Below are positions 47,964 to 59,500 of a DNA stretch of 64,000 nt, piece by piece; within the stretch, counting starts at the first letter, position 1, and each line of letters begins with the position of its first letter. Position numbers and translations under genes: made by a program. This DNA is from Naegleria gruberi (lineage: Eukaryota): NCBI GenBank assembly GCA_000004985.1, contig GG738854.1, one strand, 5' to 3'. The notes below the pieces were generated by a model. It was given only the letters and a program-made list of their open reading frames with translations. It was not told the DNA's origin and did no database searches.

Positions 47964-49831
47964 TTAAACATTGACAGATTTCAATTCAATATCAGTAGAA
48001 ACTTTCTTTGGAGCTTGTTCTTCTTCCTCGCTTTCGTACTCCAAACTATCTTCAGGAACTTCCCAGAATGCTTCATCATTAAAGACACTCTTTTCAGGGA
48101 ACAACCATCTAATAACTAAGCCAGCAACAACACCTCCAATAATGGCAATACCAATAGTGATTGCCAAAGTAGCAAATTGATAACCCCATTGATGAGTTCC
48201 ATTAGCAAACATCTTATCATAAACAGCTCCATAAGATGATCTTTGAGCAGCAGCAACACCAGTAGCAATAATGGCACCAACACCACCAATAAAACCAGGA
48301 ACACAATGCAAGTTGAAAACTCCACAAGTGTCATGTAATTTAAGATACTTTCTCATGTTTGGAGTGAAGAATCTGAATCCGAAAACACTAATAAAACCAG
48401 AAACAACACCAACAGTCAATGCACCTCCAGGAAGAATTACAAAATCAGCAACAGCTCCAATAGCAACACCACCTGCCAATGTACCATTTTGAATATCTTC
48501 CATAGCAAATAAACCTCCTCTGACTAATCTACTGCAGAAGAAAGAGGCAACAGCTGATCCCATCAATGACAAGATTGTGTTAATAAAGGCACGATATTGA
48601 GTTGTACCCTCAGGACTATAAAAATGTGTTAAACCAATTTACAACAAATACAAAACATACCTTAAAGCAGCATTGAAGGAAGGCCAACAAAGGAACAAGA
48701 AGATTGTACCAATTAATGAGAAAAAGTCAGAAGTATAACGTGATGATTGCAAAGGATGTCCTTTCAGAGCTTTCTTATTCCATAATACGAAAGAACAGAG
48801 TAATCCGAAAACAGCTCCGAACAAGTGAATAAACATAGATCCACCAATATCTGATGCTTTCAAAACCCAAGTTCCGATATAATAATTCAAAGCATAGAAG
48901 AAAGTATGAATTAAACCAGCAATAGTCAATTGCAATGGAGTAACCTTTCCGATAATAACACCAAACTATTAAATTATTCACAATCAATTTTAAATGTCAA
49001 CTAAGAATACTTACAGAAACAAGGAATGAAGCAGCAGCAAAATGTCCTTCAACTAAATCTTGCAATTCAAAGTGAACCATCCATCTTGGATTAGAAACAC
49101 CAATTTGATCTCCAGTAATTGGGAAACCCTTATTAACACCAGCTCTCCAAAAAGCTTGATTCAAAATACCCCATTGGAAAATAAATGCTGCATTAGTTGG
49201 TGATGAATAATTGGAAATTCTCAAGTTTACTTACCTGAAATGAAAAAGTTTAGTCCAAAAGCACTGTAACCGTACTTTCTCAAGAAAGTCATCAAGAATC
49301 CGAAACCAACGAACACCATAATACCAACGTCAAGCATTGGTTTATAATAGTGAACAACATCAGCGTGTGCTTCTTCATTCAAATGGGCAAGAGTTGTCTC
49401 TGTTGAATTGGTAACAGAATGTTCATAATCAAAGAATACCCAGAATAAAACAAGGAAAATTACTTGAAAAACACCAACAACTAAACAATCACACATATTA
49501 ATATCATCATTAATAAATTATTATTATCATGACACCACCAATAGTGTTATTATAACAATAAAAGACAGAATAACATACCAACTAGAAAGGTAATATTCTC
49601 AGCACCCCAATGGGAATGATGTGCTGCTCCATGTCCTCCTGATGGAGTGGAGTGATGATTCTTTTGTTCTTGTTGTTGTTGTTCAATTTGTTCTTGTTGT
49701 CCCAAGCCATTATCAATAGAAGTAGAGGCTCTGACAACATTCTCACTAGCCTCCAAGTCAAGACTACTCGAATTGACAACAGGATTGTCGTGATTAATCA
49801 TGTGTGTTTGTGATTCATGGTGATGAAGCAT
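47964..49831 (-). CDS. Rh-type ammonium transporter (Rhesus/Rh50-like member of the Amt/MEP/Rh family), about five exons
   Basis: Exon ORFs lie at 49831-49550, 49496-49227, 49224-48997, 48935-48639 and 48572-47964, separated by short introns. The match to human RhAG is strong. [25 protein letters not shown] aligns with [42 protein letters not shown]...HDTCGVFNLHCVPGFIGGVGAI aligns with IQNATLAGGVAVGTCAD...[22 protein letters not shown]. Exact splice sites not all determined. Confidence 0.8.
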
Positions 49832-50251
49832 TTTTTTAATCGGTCAACAACAAACGATTAATCTTTTAGCTTGCCCAACATGGACTTCCGGATAGGAGAA
49901 GGAAGTGGATTTTCCTCCGGGTAGAGAATGAATTGTTTTTTGCATCTCCTCTTCTGTTGTTTGCTTGGTTATAATACACACGCAAGAAATTGATTGAAAC
50001 ACATGATGCAACTTCAAAAATTTCTTGTTGGCCTTTCCGGAAAATGATGAAAATGGCTGTGAAAACAATGGCCCACACTCGTAAGGCTATGTTCCGGCGT
50101 GACCATTATTGGACGAGCTCCCACTACGGCTGGAATTGAGATTACAAAATTTCAACTGTAGATGCAAGAGTGCTTTTTAGGGAAGGTGAGTATCCTAAGG
50201 ATCCTCTGTTTGTGCATTAACGTATTTAAACTATCAAATTATAATAAGTGA

Positions 50252-53200
50252 TCATTCCTCATCAAACTCTAAAGTGCAAGATGGTACAACTTCAGTTGGA
50301 GTAATAAATTTGATAGTTTCAAGGAAATTGTGTAATTTGTCTAAATGTTGCTTTGCTTCGGAATGAGCATCTTGAATCATCGTAAATATTTCAATGGCTA
50401 TTGTACCATATTCCTTGTTATTGAGTTTGTAGCACAATTCTTCATAACAATTTCCATAATTAAATTTGATGATTGCATCCACTTGATGAATATTAACCAT
50501 TTTCAAATTTTCCAATGCAGAAGCATACTGCTGTGTAGCAATGAAACATTTTGCCATATTGATGTAGCTTTTAAAGAAGGTTGTTTTGGAGAAGTAATTG
50601 ATTGCTGCAGCATACTGACTCAATTCCAAATAGCAACATCCTAAATTGTAAAAGTAGCTTGGTGTGTCTTTTTCAAAATGAACTGCCTTCTTAAAGTTCT
50701 TTATGGCTAAATGATAGTCAATAGGGATACCAGGAAATCCTTGACTGTAGATAAGACCAATATTTGAGAAACCTGAACATTTCTCGTAATATTCAATTGC
50801 TTTCTTTCCCATTTTCATAGAAAAGGCAATGTCTGCAAAATTTCTATTGGACAAATTGTATTTCATTACCTCATCAAATATTAACTCAAATTGATGACTC
50901 TGAATTATTTGTTCTTCAATTGAGTGAGAAATAAGGGTAGATATATTGTTAGAATATTGGAAAATTGTTGAAATGTTTGGATGCTTTTGTAAATATATTT
51001 TCTTTGATATAAGTGAGTAATTGCTTTGGTGCATTCCTATTAAATATTGGACTGGTTCATAACTGTTTGTTAATATTTTTTCCAGTACTTGATCTGATGA
51101 AAATACCAATTTAGAATATTCTAATGCTTTTGAATTTCTTCCATTGATAAATAATACCCATACTAATTCTGAATAAAAGCACTTAATTGGTACATCAGTT
51201 TCATCTTGAGTATATTCTTGAAAGTTGAGCAAAAGATCATAAATTTCATTTGTTGATTTGTTGCTTATTTGCTTTAGACATGTATGAAAAACTTTCTTGT
51301 TTGGGTATGAAAGAAAAAGTGATCTTAGTAAATCTGTTTCTTTCCCTTCCCTAAGAAGTCGGATACATTCTATTGGAATGATTGATTCATCGAATTCATA
51401 ATGATCTTCCAAAGTGGAAACTAAAAATTGTTGAAAATCTATTAAATCTCTTTCAATACTATAACTAATAATCCTTTCAATAACTGGGACTGGATAGGAC
51501 ATTAAACAGGATTTACAAAGGCTCACAACTCTTTCATCGTCAATAATATTCATAGAAATAATTATTTCAAAATTTGTCAAATCAAACAAGTGCTTGCATC
51601 TTTCAAAAATGACTTTGGCCTTATTGCTATCGAAATTGAGTTTCACGTACAAATATTGGGCATACATATTAGTTTCCAAATGTTTTTCAATGACTGATAC
51701 CATATACTCAGGTATGTCATGTTCAGTAAGCCAAAGGAAAAAAAGAAGGAATTTCTCAGCTTCCTCATTACAATTCACAAGTTTCTCGTAATATTTCTTA
51801 CATTTGTTGAATTTTCCCAAGAAGAATAAGAATCTTGCCATTTGGATTGGTGTAATTTTGATTAAATCAAAATTATTATCATTAAAATTTCTGTTAACTA
51901 TTGATATCAATTTGTAATTTTTTTCAGGTGAGACAAAAGTATGAGAGAAATACTTTTTGAACAAGTCTTTACACTTTGGAAGGTTTGTTTTTGTGAGTGT
52001 GTACTCTGAAGGAAGAACAAAGCTCCAATCATATGATATTGAACTGCATAAGTGATCAGCAATGGGTTGCAGACAGTCTTGAAACTCTAATCTTGCACTT
52101 TTGACGAGAAACTTATACGACTCCTCTTGGTTGACATCTTTCAATAATATTGCCAACATACATGAAACTTCTCCGTATCGTTCAAAACTCTCATTCACTT
52201 TCCTCAACACCTTAATGGACTTTTCCTTGTCTAAATTTGAATAAATTTTACCAAGACTCAAGTTTGCCAAGTCGTCATTTTCTAGTAATAAATAGAACTG
52301 AATGGTTTTTTCTAAATTCTTTTCAAAAGAGTATAATCCATTTTCGTAAATTGATCCTAGAAAATAGATGGCCTCGTTATTTCTTCGCTTTGCTAAATCT
52401 AGTAACAGCTCTAAAGCCATGTCTTTCTTTGTGATATCTCCCTCAAGTATCGAGTATGCTAAAATAATTTTTGACTCTTCTTCAGTAAGGTCGTATTTGG
52501 AAAGGTATTCAATTGCTTTTGAATATTTTTTAAGGTGATAGCAGCAAATTCCCAGTAATTCCAATGATTTTGGAGATAACTTGGATAAAACTTTTTCAAA
52601 ATAAGTGTGAGCCATTTCAAAGCTCCCTGTTTTAAAGTAACAAATTGCAATTTCTTCACTGAATTGATTTGTTTCCAAATTTAACAGATTAAACTGTATG
52701 AAATTGGAAAGTGCATGTTCATAATTTGGAGGATTCATTTTGCTATAATATATAAATGCAATTCTATCATGTGACTTTGTGGATTTGTACTCACGAACAG
52801 CGTTTTCCCATTCCTTCTTTAATTCAAAAAGCTCCCCTCGCCTTTTTCTTGTTGTAGATGATTGTTTGAGAAGTTTGTTGATATAACAATATTTTTCAGG
52901 AATACTCTTCATTGAATCATTCGTGAAGTGATTATCAAAATAGTATTCAAGATTCGAAGAAAACACTAATCTCCTAACAGATAAGTATTCCAAATACATT
53001 CCATTCTCTAATTTAGGAAAATCAGCTCCGTTCTCTGAAATTATTGTGTTACAACTCATTTCAGTATTATGAATAAATGTTGATTTCACTTTCAGATATT
53101 TCAATTTTAAAGGTTCAGTAAAATGGAAATAGTTATTATTTTTTCCATCAATGGATAATATTCTTAATTTTTCATTTGTAAGTAATGTGAATTGTCCAGC

Positions 53201-54007
53201 ACTTGTTATCTTATTATCATCAATAATTAAAGTGTGAAAATTAATTGGAAGATTTGAAACATTTTCATTTCTAAATAGAACAGTACAATCATCTGAAAGA
53301 TAATTTGAAGTTACTGATAATGTTTCAAGTTTTGGGAAATTATTTCTATTGAGAATTAAATTAAAATTTCCATCACCTCTCAAGCGATTGTTATCTATAC
53401 AAATTGTTTTCAAATTTGATAAATGATTGGATTGAAATAAAAGTAAAGCATCAGCTCCACCCAAATTACATCTAATTAAATAAAGTGATTCCAATCTTGT
53501 GAAGGGAACATCTTTCATCAAATAACAATCAATTAAATCTTTGCCATATAAATTCATCACATTTTGAAACTTGGAATAAAATTTCAATAATTCTTGAGCT
53601 GGTGCGAATTCCACCATCACATTTGTAAAATCACAACAATAGCGAATATTATGTTGTTGTGATTTTAAAATCGGAATAAATTTACAATTTGATTCGGATA
53701 ACCATTTTGTCAAAATCAATCTATCCAAATATTTACAAACAAGCCTAATTTTTAATAATTTCCCAAGTGGTAGAAATAAAAGAATACTATGAAATAGTAC
53801 ATCATCAGGAATTAGATCTAGTATATTTACATATTCAAAAGTTTTTGTTTTCTTCGGAACAGGTGAAATTTCTTGTTCATCAAGTATACGTTTAGTTGCT
53901 TTACTTTTCTTTCGAAAATTGTTGGAATTATAGCTACTACCAATGGGGGAGTATGATTCCGATGATGAGGAATGATAACTCTCCTCACTTTCGCTATCAA
54001 AACCCAT
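50252..54007 (-). CDS. Large (1251 aa) F-box-like + leucine-rich-repeat + Sel1/TPR-like repeat protein
   Basis: N-terminal F-box-like LIPDDVLFHSILLFLPLGKLLKIRLVCKYLDRLILTKW. LRR units follow (LSNLKTICIDNNRL, LETLSVTSNYL, LRILSIDGKNN). The C-terminal half carries Sel1-like units (YFLGSIYENGLYSFEKNLEKTIQFY, IGLIYSQGFPGIPIDYHLAIKNFKKA) and TPR-like helices. Continuous ORF. Confidence 0.55.
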   Translation of the reverse strand: MGFDSESEESYHSSSSESYSPIGSSYNSNNFRKKSKATKRILDEQEISPVPKKTKTFEYVNILDLIPDDVLFHSILLFLPLGKLLKIRLVCKYLDRLILTKWLSESNCKFIPILKSQQHNIRYCCDFTNVMVEFAPAQELLKFYSKFQNVMNLYGKDLIDCYLMKDVPFTRLESLYLIRCNLGGADALLLFQSNHLSNLKTICIDNNRLRGDGNFNLILNRNNFPKLETLSVTSNYLSDDCTVLFRNENVSNLPINFHTLIIDDNKITSAGQFTLLTNEKLRILSIDGKNNNYFHFTEPLKLKYLKVKSTFIHNTEMSCNTIISENGADFPKLENGMYLEYLSVRRLVFSSNLEYYFDNHFTNDSMKSIPEKYCYINKLLKQSSTTRKRRGELFELKKEWENAVREYKSTKSHDRIAFIYYSKMNPPNYEHALSNFIQFNLLNLETNQFSEEIAICYFKTGSFEMAHTYFEKVLSKLSPKSLELLGICCYHLKKYSKAIEYLSKYDLTEEESKIILAYSILEGDITKKDMALELLLDLAKRRNNEAIYFLGSIYENGLYSFEKNLEKTIQFYLLLENDDLANLSLGKIYSNLDKEKSIKVLRKVNESFERYGEVSCMLAILLKDVNQEESYKFLVKSARLEFQDCLQPIADHLCSSISYDWSFVLPSEYTLTKTNLPKCKDLFKKYFSHTFVSPEKNYKLISIVNRNFNDNNFDLIKITPIQMARFLFFLGKFNKCKKYYEKLVNCNEEAEKFLLFFLWLTEHDIPEYMVSVIEKHLETNMYAQYLYVKLNFDSNKAKVIFERCKHLFDLTNFEIIISMNIIDDERVVSLCKSCLMSYPVPVIERIISYSIERDLIDFQQFLVSTLEDHYEFDESIIPIECIRLLREGKETDLLRSLFLSYPNKKVFHTCLKQISNKSTNEIYDLLLNFQEYTQDETDVPIKCFYSELVWVLFINGRNSKALEYSKLVFSSDQVLEKILTNSYEPVQYLIGMHQSNYSLISKKIYLQKHPNISTIFQYSNNISTLISHSIEEQIIQSHQFELIFDEVMKYNLSNRNFADIAFSMKMGKKAIEYYEKCSGFSNIGLIYSQGFPGIPIDYHLAIKNFKKAVHFEKDTPSYFYNLGCCYLELSQYAAAINYFSKTTFFKSYINMAKCFIATQQYASALENLKMVNIHQVDAIIKFNYGNCYEELCYKLNNKEYGTIAIEIFTMIQDAHSEAKQHLDKLHNFLETIKFITPTEVVPSCTLEFDEE

Positions 54008-54089
54008 TTTTTAAAAATCAAGTTAATTTTTTAGTTGATTACAAAATCCTTTACCTGTAAGAAATTTTTAAAATGACAAGTTAAAAAAA

Positions 54090-57000
54090 ATGCTTCAACA
54101 AGCCAAGAAGAGAAAGGCTGAGGATTACACATCTGCCGCGGGGGATGAAACTCTGCCACGTAGATCATCTCATGATCCGCAATATATCATCGATAGAGAA
54201 GAATTAGAGAAAGTTAGAATTGATGCACTCTATAAAATTGATGAAGAACGTAGAAAGAATCAACAAAAGAGAAGGGAACTTGAAGTATTGGAAAAGGCAG
54301 GAAAAGATAATAGTAGCAGTAGTAATAGTGCGTATCATAATAACAAGGTGAAGGAAATTTTGCAATCGGGTGAAAATATTATTAAATTGATGGTTGGAGG
54401 GAAAATGTTCATCACTTCAATGTCTACTCTCAATAAGAGAGATAACATGATCAAGACCATGTTGAATTCTGATTTTAAGGTTGACACTGATGAGAATGGA
54501 TGTATTTTGTTGAATGATAGTAATCCAGAGTATTTTCCAATAATTTTAGAACACATTCGTACAGGTATGTTTTAGAAATAGTTCTTTTTGATCTTTTTTA
54601 GGAAGTACAAATTATGTTGGTCTTTGGGAAAATTCTAATGAAGAAAATATTGAAAAGTTAAAGGAATTATTGGTGGAATCTGATTACTTTGGTACAGGCA
54701 AGTTGAGTGCCAAAATTGCAAATCTAATTAAAGAATTCAATGCTGACCAAAATAATAACAAACCTAATGAATCAAATAATGAAATGGTCGACGAAGTAGT
54801 AAAACCTAAACCAGTTTCAAAGAAAACTAATCTCGATTCTGACCAAGATGCAAGTGATGAAAAATGGTTGGAAAAGTTCAAACAACTTACTCTACAGGAA
54901 AAGACAGTTATGGATGAATTTATGAAAAAGACTGAGGATGAGATAGAAAAGGAAAGAGAAGAGCTTAGACAAAGGGAAGCCTCTCTCAAAAAAGAACCAA
55001 TTACTTTCAATGTTAGAGGTGTGAAATTTGTCTGTGGTATTGAAAAGTTACTTGTGCACACAGAAAGCATCTTTCCACAACTTGCTCTTGCAAGCTCCAA
55101 TAATGAAATTTTCCTTGACAGAGATAGTGAAATATTCTCTGTTGTCTTTGAATTTTTGGAGAGTGCCACGTTTAACTCTGTCCCAAAAGACATATCAAAG
55201 AGAAAACTTGTTTACAAGGAAGCCAGAGAGTTTAAACTTAAGGGACTTTTGGAATTTTTAGATCCTCTTCGATATCCTATTGAGGATGTTGGTGCTGAAA
55301 ATCTTAAAATCAAGAAGGACGAAGACTTTTTGAGAAATCTTTATGTCTCAGAAAGAGAAAATCCAATTTTAGCTGATCCTTACATTCATTTGGTTAATGT
55401 ATTCGGTAGCGAACACGCCACAAGAACATTGTTCGATCAATGTGATCCCCCTCAAACTGTTCCTATGATCTTTGACTTTGAAAATCCAATTGAGGTAAGT
55501 ATTTTGTATTTTTCATAATTGTAATTTTTGTATTTTTCCTTTTAGGCTTCTGAGCTTATCAATGAGTTTTCAAATTTATTGCTTCCTCCAGTCCCAAAAC
55601 TCTGCTCTACAAGAGCAGAATTTTTCACGCAATTTAATGCCTTAACATGTGGCATCTTTAAGGACATGGATTGGTCAAATGTGTTTGTTGCTGGTATGTA
55701 TCACTTCAATTCTATAATACTTAATATTTAAATTAGGTGGTGGTATTTTGGCTTGTATGTTAAAAGCTGATCTTGAAAGAGAGGACTTGATAGAATCCAA
55801 TAGGAACAGGAGGTTTAGAAGCAGATTCTCCACACCTATTAGCATAGAAAAGCCAAAAAAAAAGATATTATATGAAGAAGATGATGGTTCTGAATCTGAT
55901 CAAGATCAAGTAGATACAGATGGTTATTTTACATCTTCATCTTCTGAAGAAAGTGAGCCAGTTTCCCATTACTCATTCTTCGGCAATGTAACACAAGAAA
56001 AAGAAAAAGATTTAGACAAACAACTTTTCGAATATTTCCAAAAATCATATTGGAAAAATAGTGATATTGATTTATTCCTCTATGGATTAAATGAAAAGGA
56101 AGCTGAAAACAAAATAGTCTACCTTTATAATTTATTTAAAAAGAATTTAGCTGACATTCCAAATTACGCAAGAAAAACAGGAGAAGAGAGCCATGAAGAT
56201 ATCTTGTTGCTTAGAACTGAAAATGCTATTACATTTAAATTTATTAGCTCTGTAAGAACAGTGCAAGTGATTTTGAGAATTTACAAAGCTCCAGTAAGTT
56301 TTAATAATTTTGAGAATTTACAAATCTTTTGGTAAACAAAAGGCTGAAGTGTTAATGGGTTTTGATGTGAATTGCTGTTGTGTTGGCTTTGATGGCTCTC
56401 AAGTCTATGCGTTACCAAGAGCCATTCAAGCAATCAAAACAAGATGTAATATTGTGGATCCAGATCGTCAATCAACTACGTAAGTATCATTATAATTGTA
56501 CTATGTAACATTGTCAATTTAGATACGAACTAAGACTCGCAAAATATGCACTAAGAGGTTTTAGAATAGGTGTGGCTGGGTTTGATGAAAAACGTATCCA
56601 GAACGATCTTTTAATTACGGATTGCTTTTATAAACCAAATAGAAGAAGATATGTTCAACCAAAAACGGTGGCAAAGCTTAGCAATGTGACTGGTCTTGCA
56701 AAAATTCTCCTTCTCAGACACTCTTATAAGCATTCAAAATTTAGAGCTGGCCTTAAAAGTATTGGAGGAGGAAAGGATGTTGACTCTGCTGAAAAAATGA
56801 TCTCCAAGTCCAAATACCATGACTATGTGCAAGTCAATGTTTCACGTCGTTACTTCTTTGGTTCAAATGAACAACAGTTTGTTACAGCTAGTCAATATTT
56901 CGAACATATTAACAGCAGGACAGAATATCTTATTGAAGAAGCCAAAAAGAAATTATTCTTTGAATATTCGTTAAATAACATTAATGAAATAATTTCAACA

Positions 57001-57447
57001 ACACAACCAAAAAGTGACCTGCCACTACACTTGGAATGGATAACCTATGACCCAGGTCGTCAATATGTTGTAGGAAGTTTCCATCCACACAAACTGAACT
57101 TTTTCAAAGATGCATATACTCATGCTGAAACTGAGTGCAAAGCACAAGGAAAGAAAAAGATGAGTAAATATATTTGGCATATATCAGGAAGAGGATATAG
57201 AACAACTCTGAATGCAGAAGAATCCAAAAAAGTCGAAACTGCTTACAGACTCTATAATAAGGGAGGTCAGGAAGAATATGTGTTAAATAATGGTAAAATC
57301 ATTAATTTCGATACAATGCAGGTACCTTCAGGCAGTGGATGGCGTCGTTATAGAGTATTCAGAACTTCTGATTCTTCAATTTACGTCAAGTCGACTTCAG
57401 ACACAGTCACAGATATACACGAAGTTTTGGATGTAGAAGAAAAATAA
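54090..57447 (+). CDS. Tandem BTB/POZ (KCTD-like T1-type) domain protein with a long C-terminal region. Six exons. Could alternatively be two adjacent genes.
   Basis: Exons span 54090..54564, 54602..55494, 55546..55693, 55737..56293, 56343..56479 and 56523..57447. All five introns (54565..54601, 55495..55545, 55694..55736, 56294..56342, 56480..56522) have GTATGT or GTAAGT donors and AG acceptors and preserve one frame. BTB 1 is IIKLMVGGKMFITSMSTLNKRDNMIKTML...YFPIILEHIRTG. BTB 2 is ITFNVRGVKFVCGIEKLLVHTESIFPQLA...EIFSVVFEFLES. The C-terminal part contains NSDIDLFLYG and GFDVNCCCVGFDGSQVYALPRAIQAIKTRCNIVDP. Confidence 0.55.
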
Positions 57448-57640
57448 AAAACTCGAGTATCAAATTGAAAGTGAATCCGAATTGAAGAAGTGGTGTATTT
57501 TGTAAATATTAAGATGTGCCATCTTGTGAAGGTTTGTGATGGTATGGATTAATTTCCAAAGAAGATGAAGAACCTGGACCACTCCCAGCACTACTCAAGG
57601 TCACAAACTCCTTCTTTTTATTGATTGTATTAAGATGAAT

Positions 57641-57759
57641 GGCTACGGCCATATCACGATGAATACACCTCATCCCGTCCGATTTGAGAAGTTAAGCATC
57701 GTCTAGCCATATCAGTACTGAGGTTGGAGACAACTTGGGAACCTGTGGTGCTGTAGTCT
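57641..57759 (+). rRNA. 5S ribosomal RNA gene (solitary)
   Basis: 119 nt, starting GGCTACGGCCATATCACGATGAATACACCTCATCCCGTCCGATTTGAGAAGTTAAGCATCG and ending GGTGCTGTAGTCT. It carries the conserved 5S blocks GAATAC, CCCGTCCGAT, GTTAAGC and AGTACT..TGGGAA. Helix I forms by pairing GGCTACGGC with GCTGTAGTC. Confidence 0.85.
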
Positions 57760-57762
57760 TTT
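57759..57762 (+). terminator. Pol III T-run at the 5S 3' end
   Basis: TTTT immediately follows helix I. Confidence 0.5.
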
Positions 57763-58608
57763 AGATTTAAGAGGAAGTTGATGATAAATATTTCTAATTT
57801 CTTTTGTTGACTTGATTGAGTATTGGAAGAGATGTGGTTTGAGAAAAAAAATGAGAGTGTTGGGATTCAATCCTTTTTAAGAAGTGTTCATAGTTCCAAT
57901 ATTTTTGTTTGTTGGTTTAGTGACCGGGGATCAATTTGTTTGTAAAAGTGTACCCAAGGTATGAACGAGAGTTTTGCCTGTGATTGAAAAACCACCAGTG
58001 AATGATGACTGTAACATTACATTACATTCATATTGAAAAAATTCCTTAATTCACCTTAGACCAATGTCCTTTCTGAATAAGTGGAAATGATTTCAAGTCT
58101 GTTTTAAAAAAAAGAATTAACCATAAGGCAGTGAACATTACCTGTGTTTAAACAATCTGAAGGTTAGAGAGATTGTGAACACTTACTAAATTTGAGCGTG
58201 TAGTGTAATTCTAACATCACTATCAGCTCATTTATCTGAAGTGTTGGTGAAACCCATGCCTTTTTACCTCTGTAAAAATTTTAATTTGCACTTCACTTCC
58301 TAATATTCTTAAGAGCAATGTTTGCCATATGAAGAGGTTGGATCATACGTAGAAAGTGTTTTTAAAGTTCACATAATGTTTTCATGGTTCATTTTACAAT
58401 TCTTCTATCTATTTTTAAGCATGATGACGAAATTTTCATCATCATTACAAAAAGTATGATGTCAACATCTCCGAAATTAAAATGCTGATAATGAAGACAC
58501 ATTTTCATTCAAATAATGCACATTGAATGATATTCTTGGAAAAAAAAGACAATTTGCAAACAAGCAATTCAACTAACAACTTATAACAATTCTAACAACT
58601 CAAACAAA

Positions 58609-59157
58609 ATGGACTTTTTCAAAAAGATTGGTCAATTCTTCTCTGGATGGCTCAGAGGTTTATTCGAAAATAAGGAAGCCAAGATTCTATTCCTTGGTTT
58701 GGATGCAGCTGGTAAAACTTCAGCTCTATATAAGATTCAATTAGATGAAAATGTCAGCACCATTCCAACCATTGGTTTCAATGCTGAAGTGTTACAATAT
58801 AAGAAGGTAACTTTTAGAGTGTTTGATATTGGTGGTCAGGATAAGATTAGAAAGTTATGGAGACACTATTATCAATCGACGAATGCTATCATTTTCATTG
58901 TCGATTCCAATGATAATGAGAGATTTAAAGAAGCTGCCGAAACCTTACGGGAAGTTATGCAGGATGATCTGTTGAAAGATGCCAAGTTATTGGTGTGGGC
59001 TAATAAGCAAGATTTGCCAAGAGCTGCCAATGTTAAAGATATGGTCAATACTTTGAAATTACACGAGATTAAGCAAGAATGGTTTATACAACCATGTAGT
59101 GCCCTGTCTGGCACTGGATTATTCGAAGGTTTGGATTGGTTATCCAGTAAATTATAA
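58609..59157 (+). CDS. ARF/ARL-family small GTPase (Arf-like, no Gly2 myristoylation site)
   Basis: The 182-aa product aligns along its whole length with ARF1. G1 is [10 protein letters not shown]3 is [16 protein letters not shown], against ARF1 WDVGGQDKIRPLWRHY. G4 is NKQDL. C-terminal [19 protein letters not shown] matches TSGDGLYEGLDWLSNQL. The N-terminus is MDFF, not MG. Confidence 0.85.
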   Translation: MDFFKKIGQFFSGWLRGLFENKEAKILFLGLDAAGKTSALYKIQLDENVSTIPTIGFNAEVLQYKKVTFRVFDIGGQDKIRKLWRHYYQSTNAIIFIVDSNDNERFKEAAETLREVMQDDLLKDAKLLVWANKQDLPRAANVKDMVNTLKLHEIKQEWFIQPCSALSGTGLFEGLDWLSSKL

Positions 59158-59275
59158 ATGAAAACATTGATATCTCATAATTCAAACTTGTCAAATAGGA
59201 TTGTCATCATATTAGCCTCCTTCAATTCGAATCCATTATTGCACAACAATTCCCACAATGCAAATGTAGAATTGG

Positions 59276-59500
59276 TCAAAAATCATCAGCACTTTGACTC
59301 GAATTTAAGACAACTTGAGAAATTTGTTGTCCTACGGCTTCTCTTACATCAATGCATTCCTTGGTTGGTTTCTTGGCGGTAACCTTGGCACCCAATGGAA
59401 TTCCTTTAATTTCACCTTGAACCATAGCAGAAACTGCCGAAAGTTGTGCTAGTTCATAGGCAGAGAATTGTTGCTCTTCTACACTTCTTGATTGGAACAA
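59276..59500 (-). CDS. Possible small protein or terminal exon of about 74 aa, unassigned
   Basis: Protein-like composition (QSRSVEEQQFSAYELAQLSAVSAMVQGEIKGIPLGAKVTAKKPTKE...). The listed start is a TTG. No homology recognised. Confidence 0.2.
   Translation of the reverse strand: MFQSRSVEEQQFSAYELAQLSAVSAMVQGEIKGIPLGAKVTAKKPTKECIDVREAVGQQISQVVLNSSQSADDF

Noticed and set aside
48116-48492. ORFs 47971..48180, 48116..48334 and 48271..48492 opposite to or out of frame with the Rh transporter last exon
   Set aside because: Shadow ORFs within a strongly supported Rh50 coding exon.
50070-50150. GC-rich patch (gtgaccattattggacgagctcccactacggctgg) examined as a possible tRNA or snRNA
   Set aside because: No cloverleaf could be folded. 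It lacks A/B box spacing. It is more likely promoter-proximal sequence of the divergently arranged Rh transporter gene.
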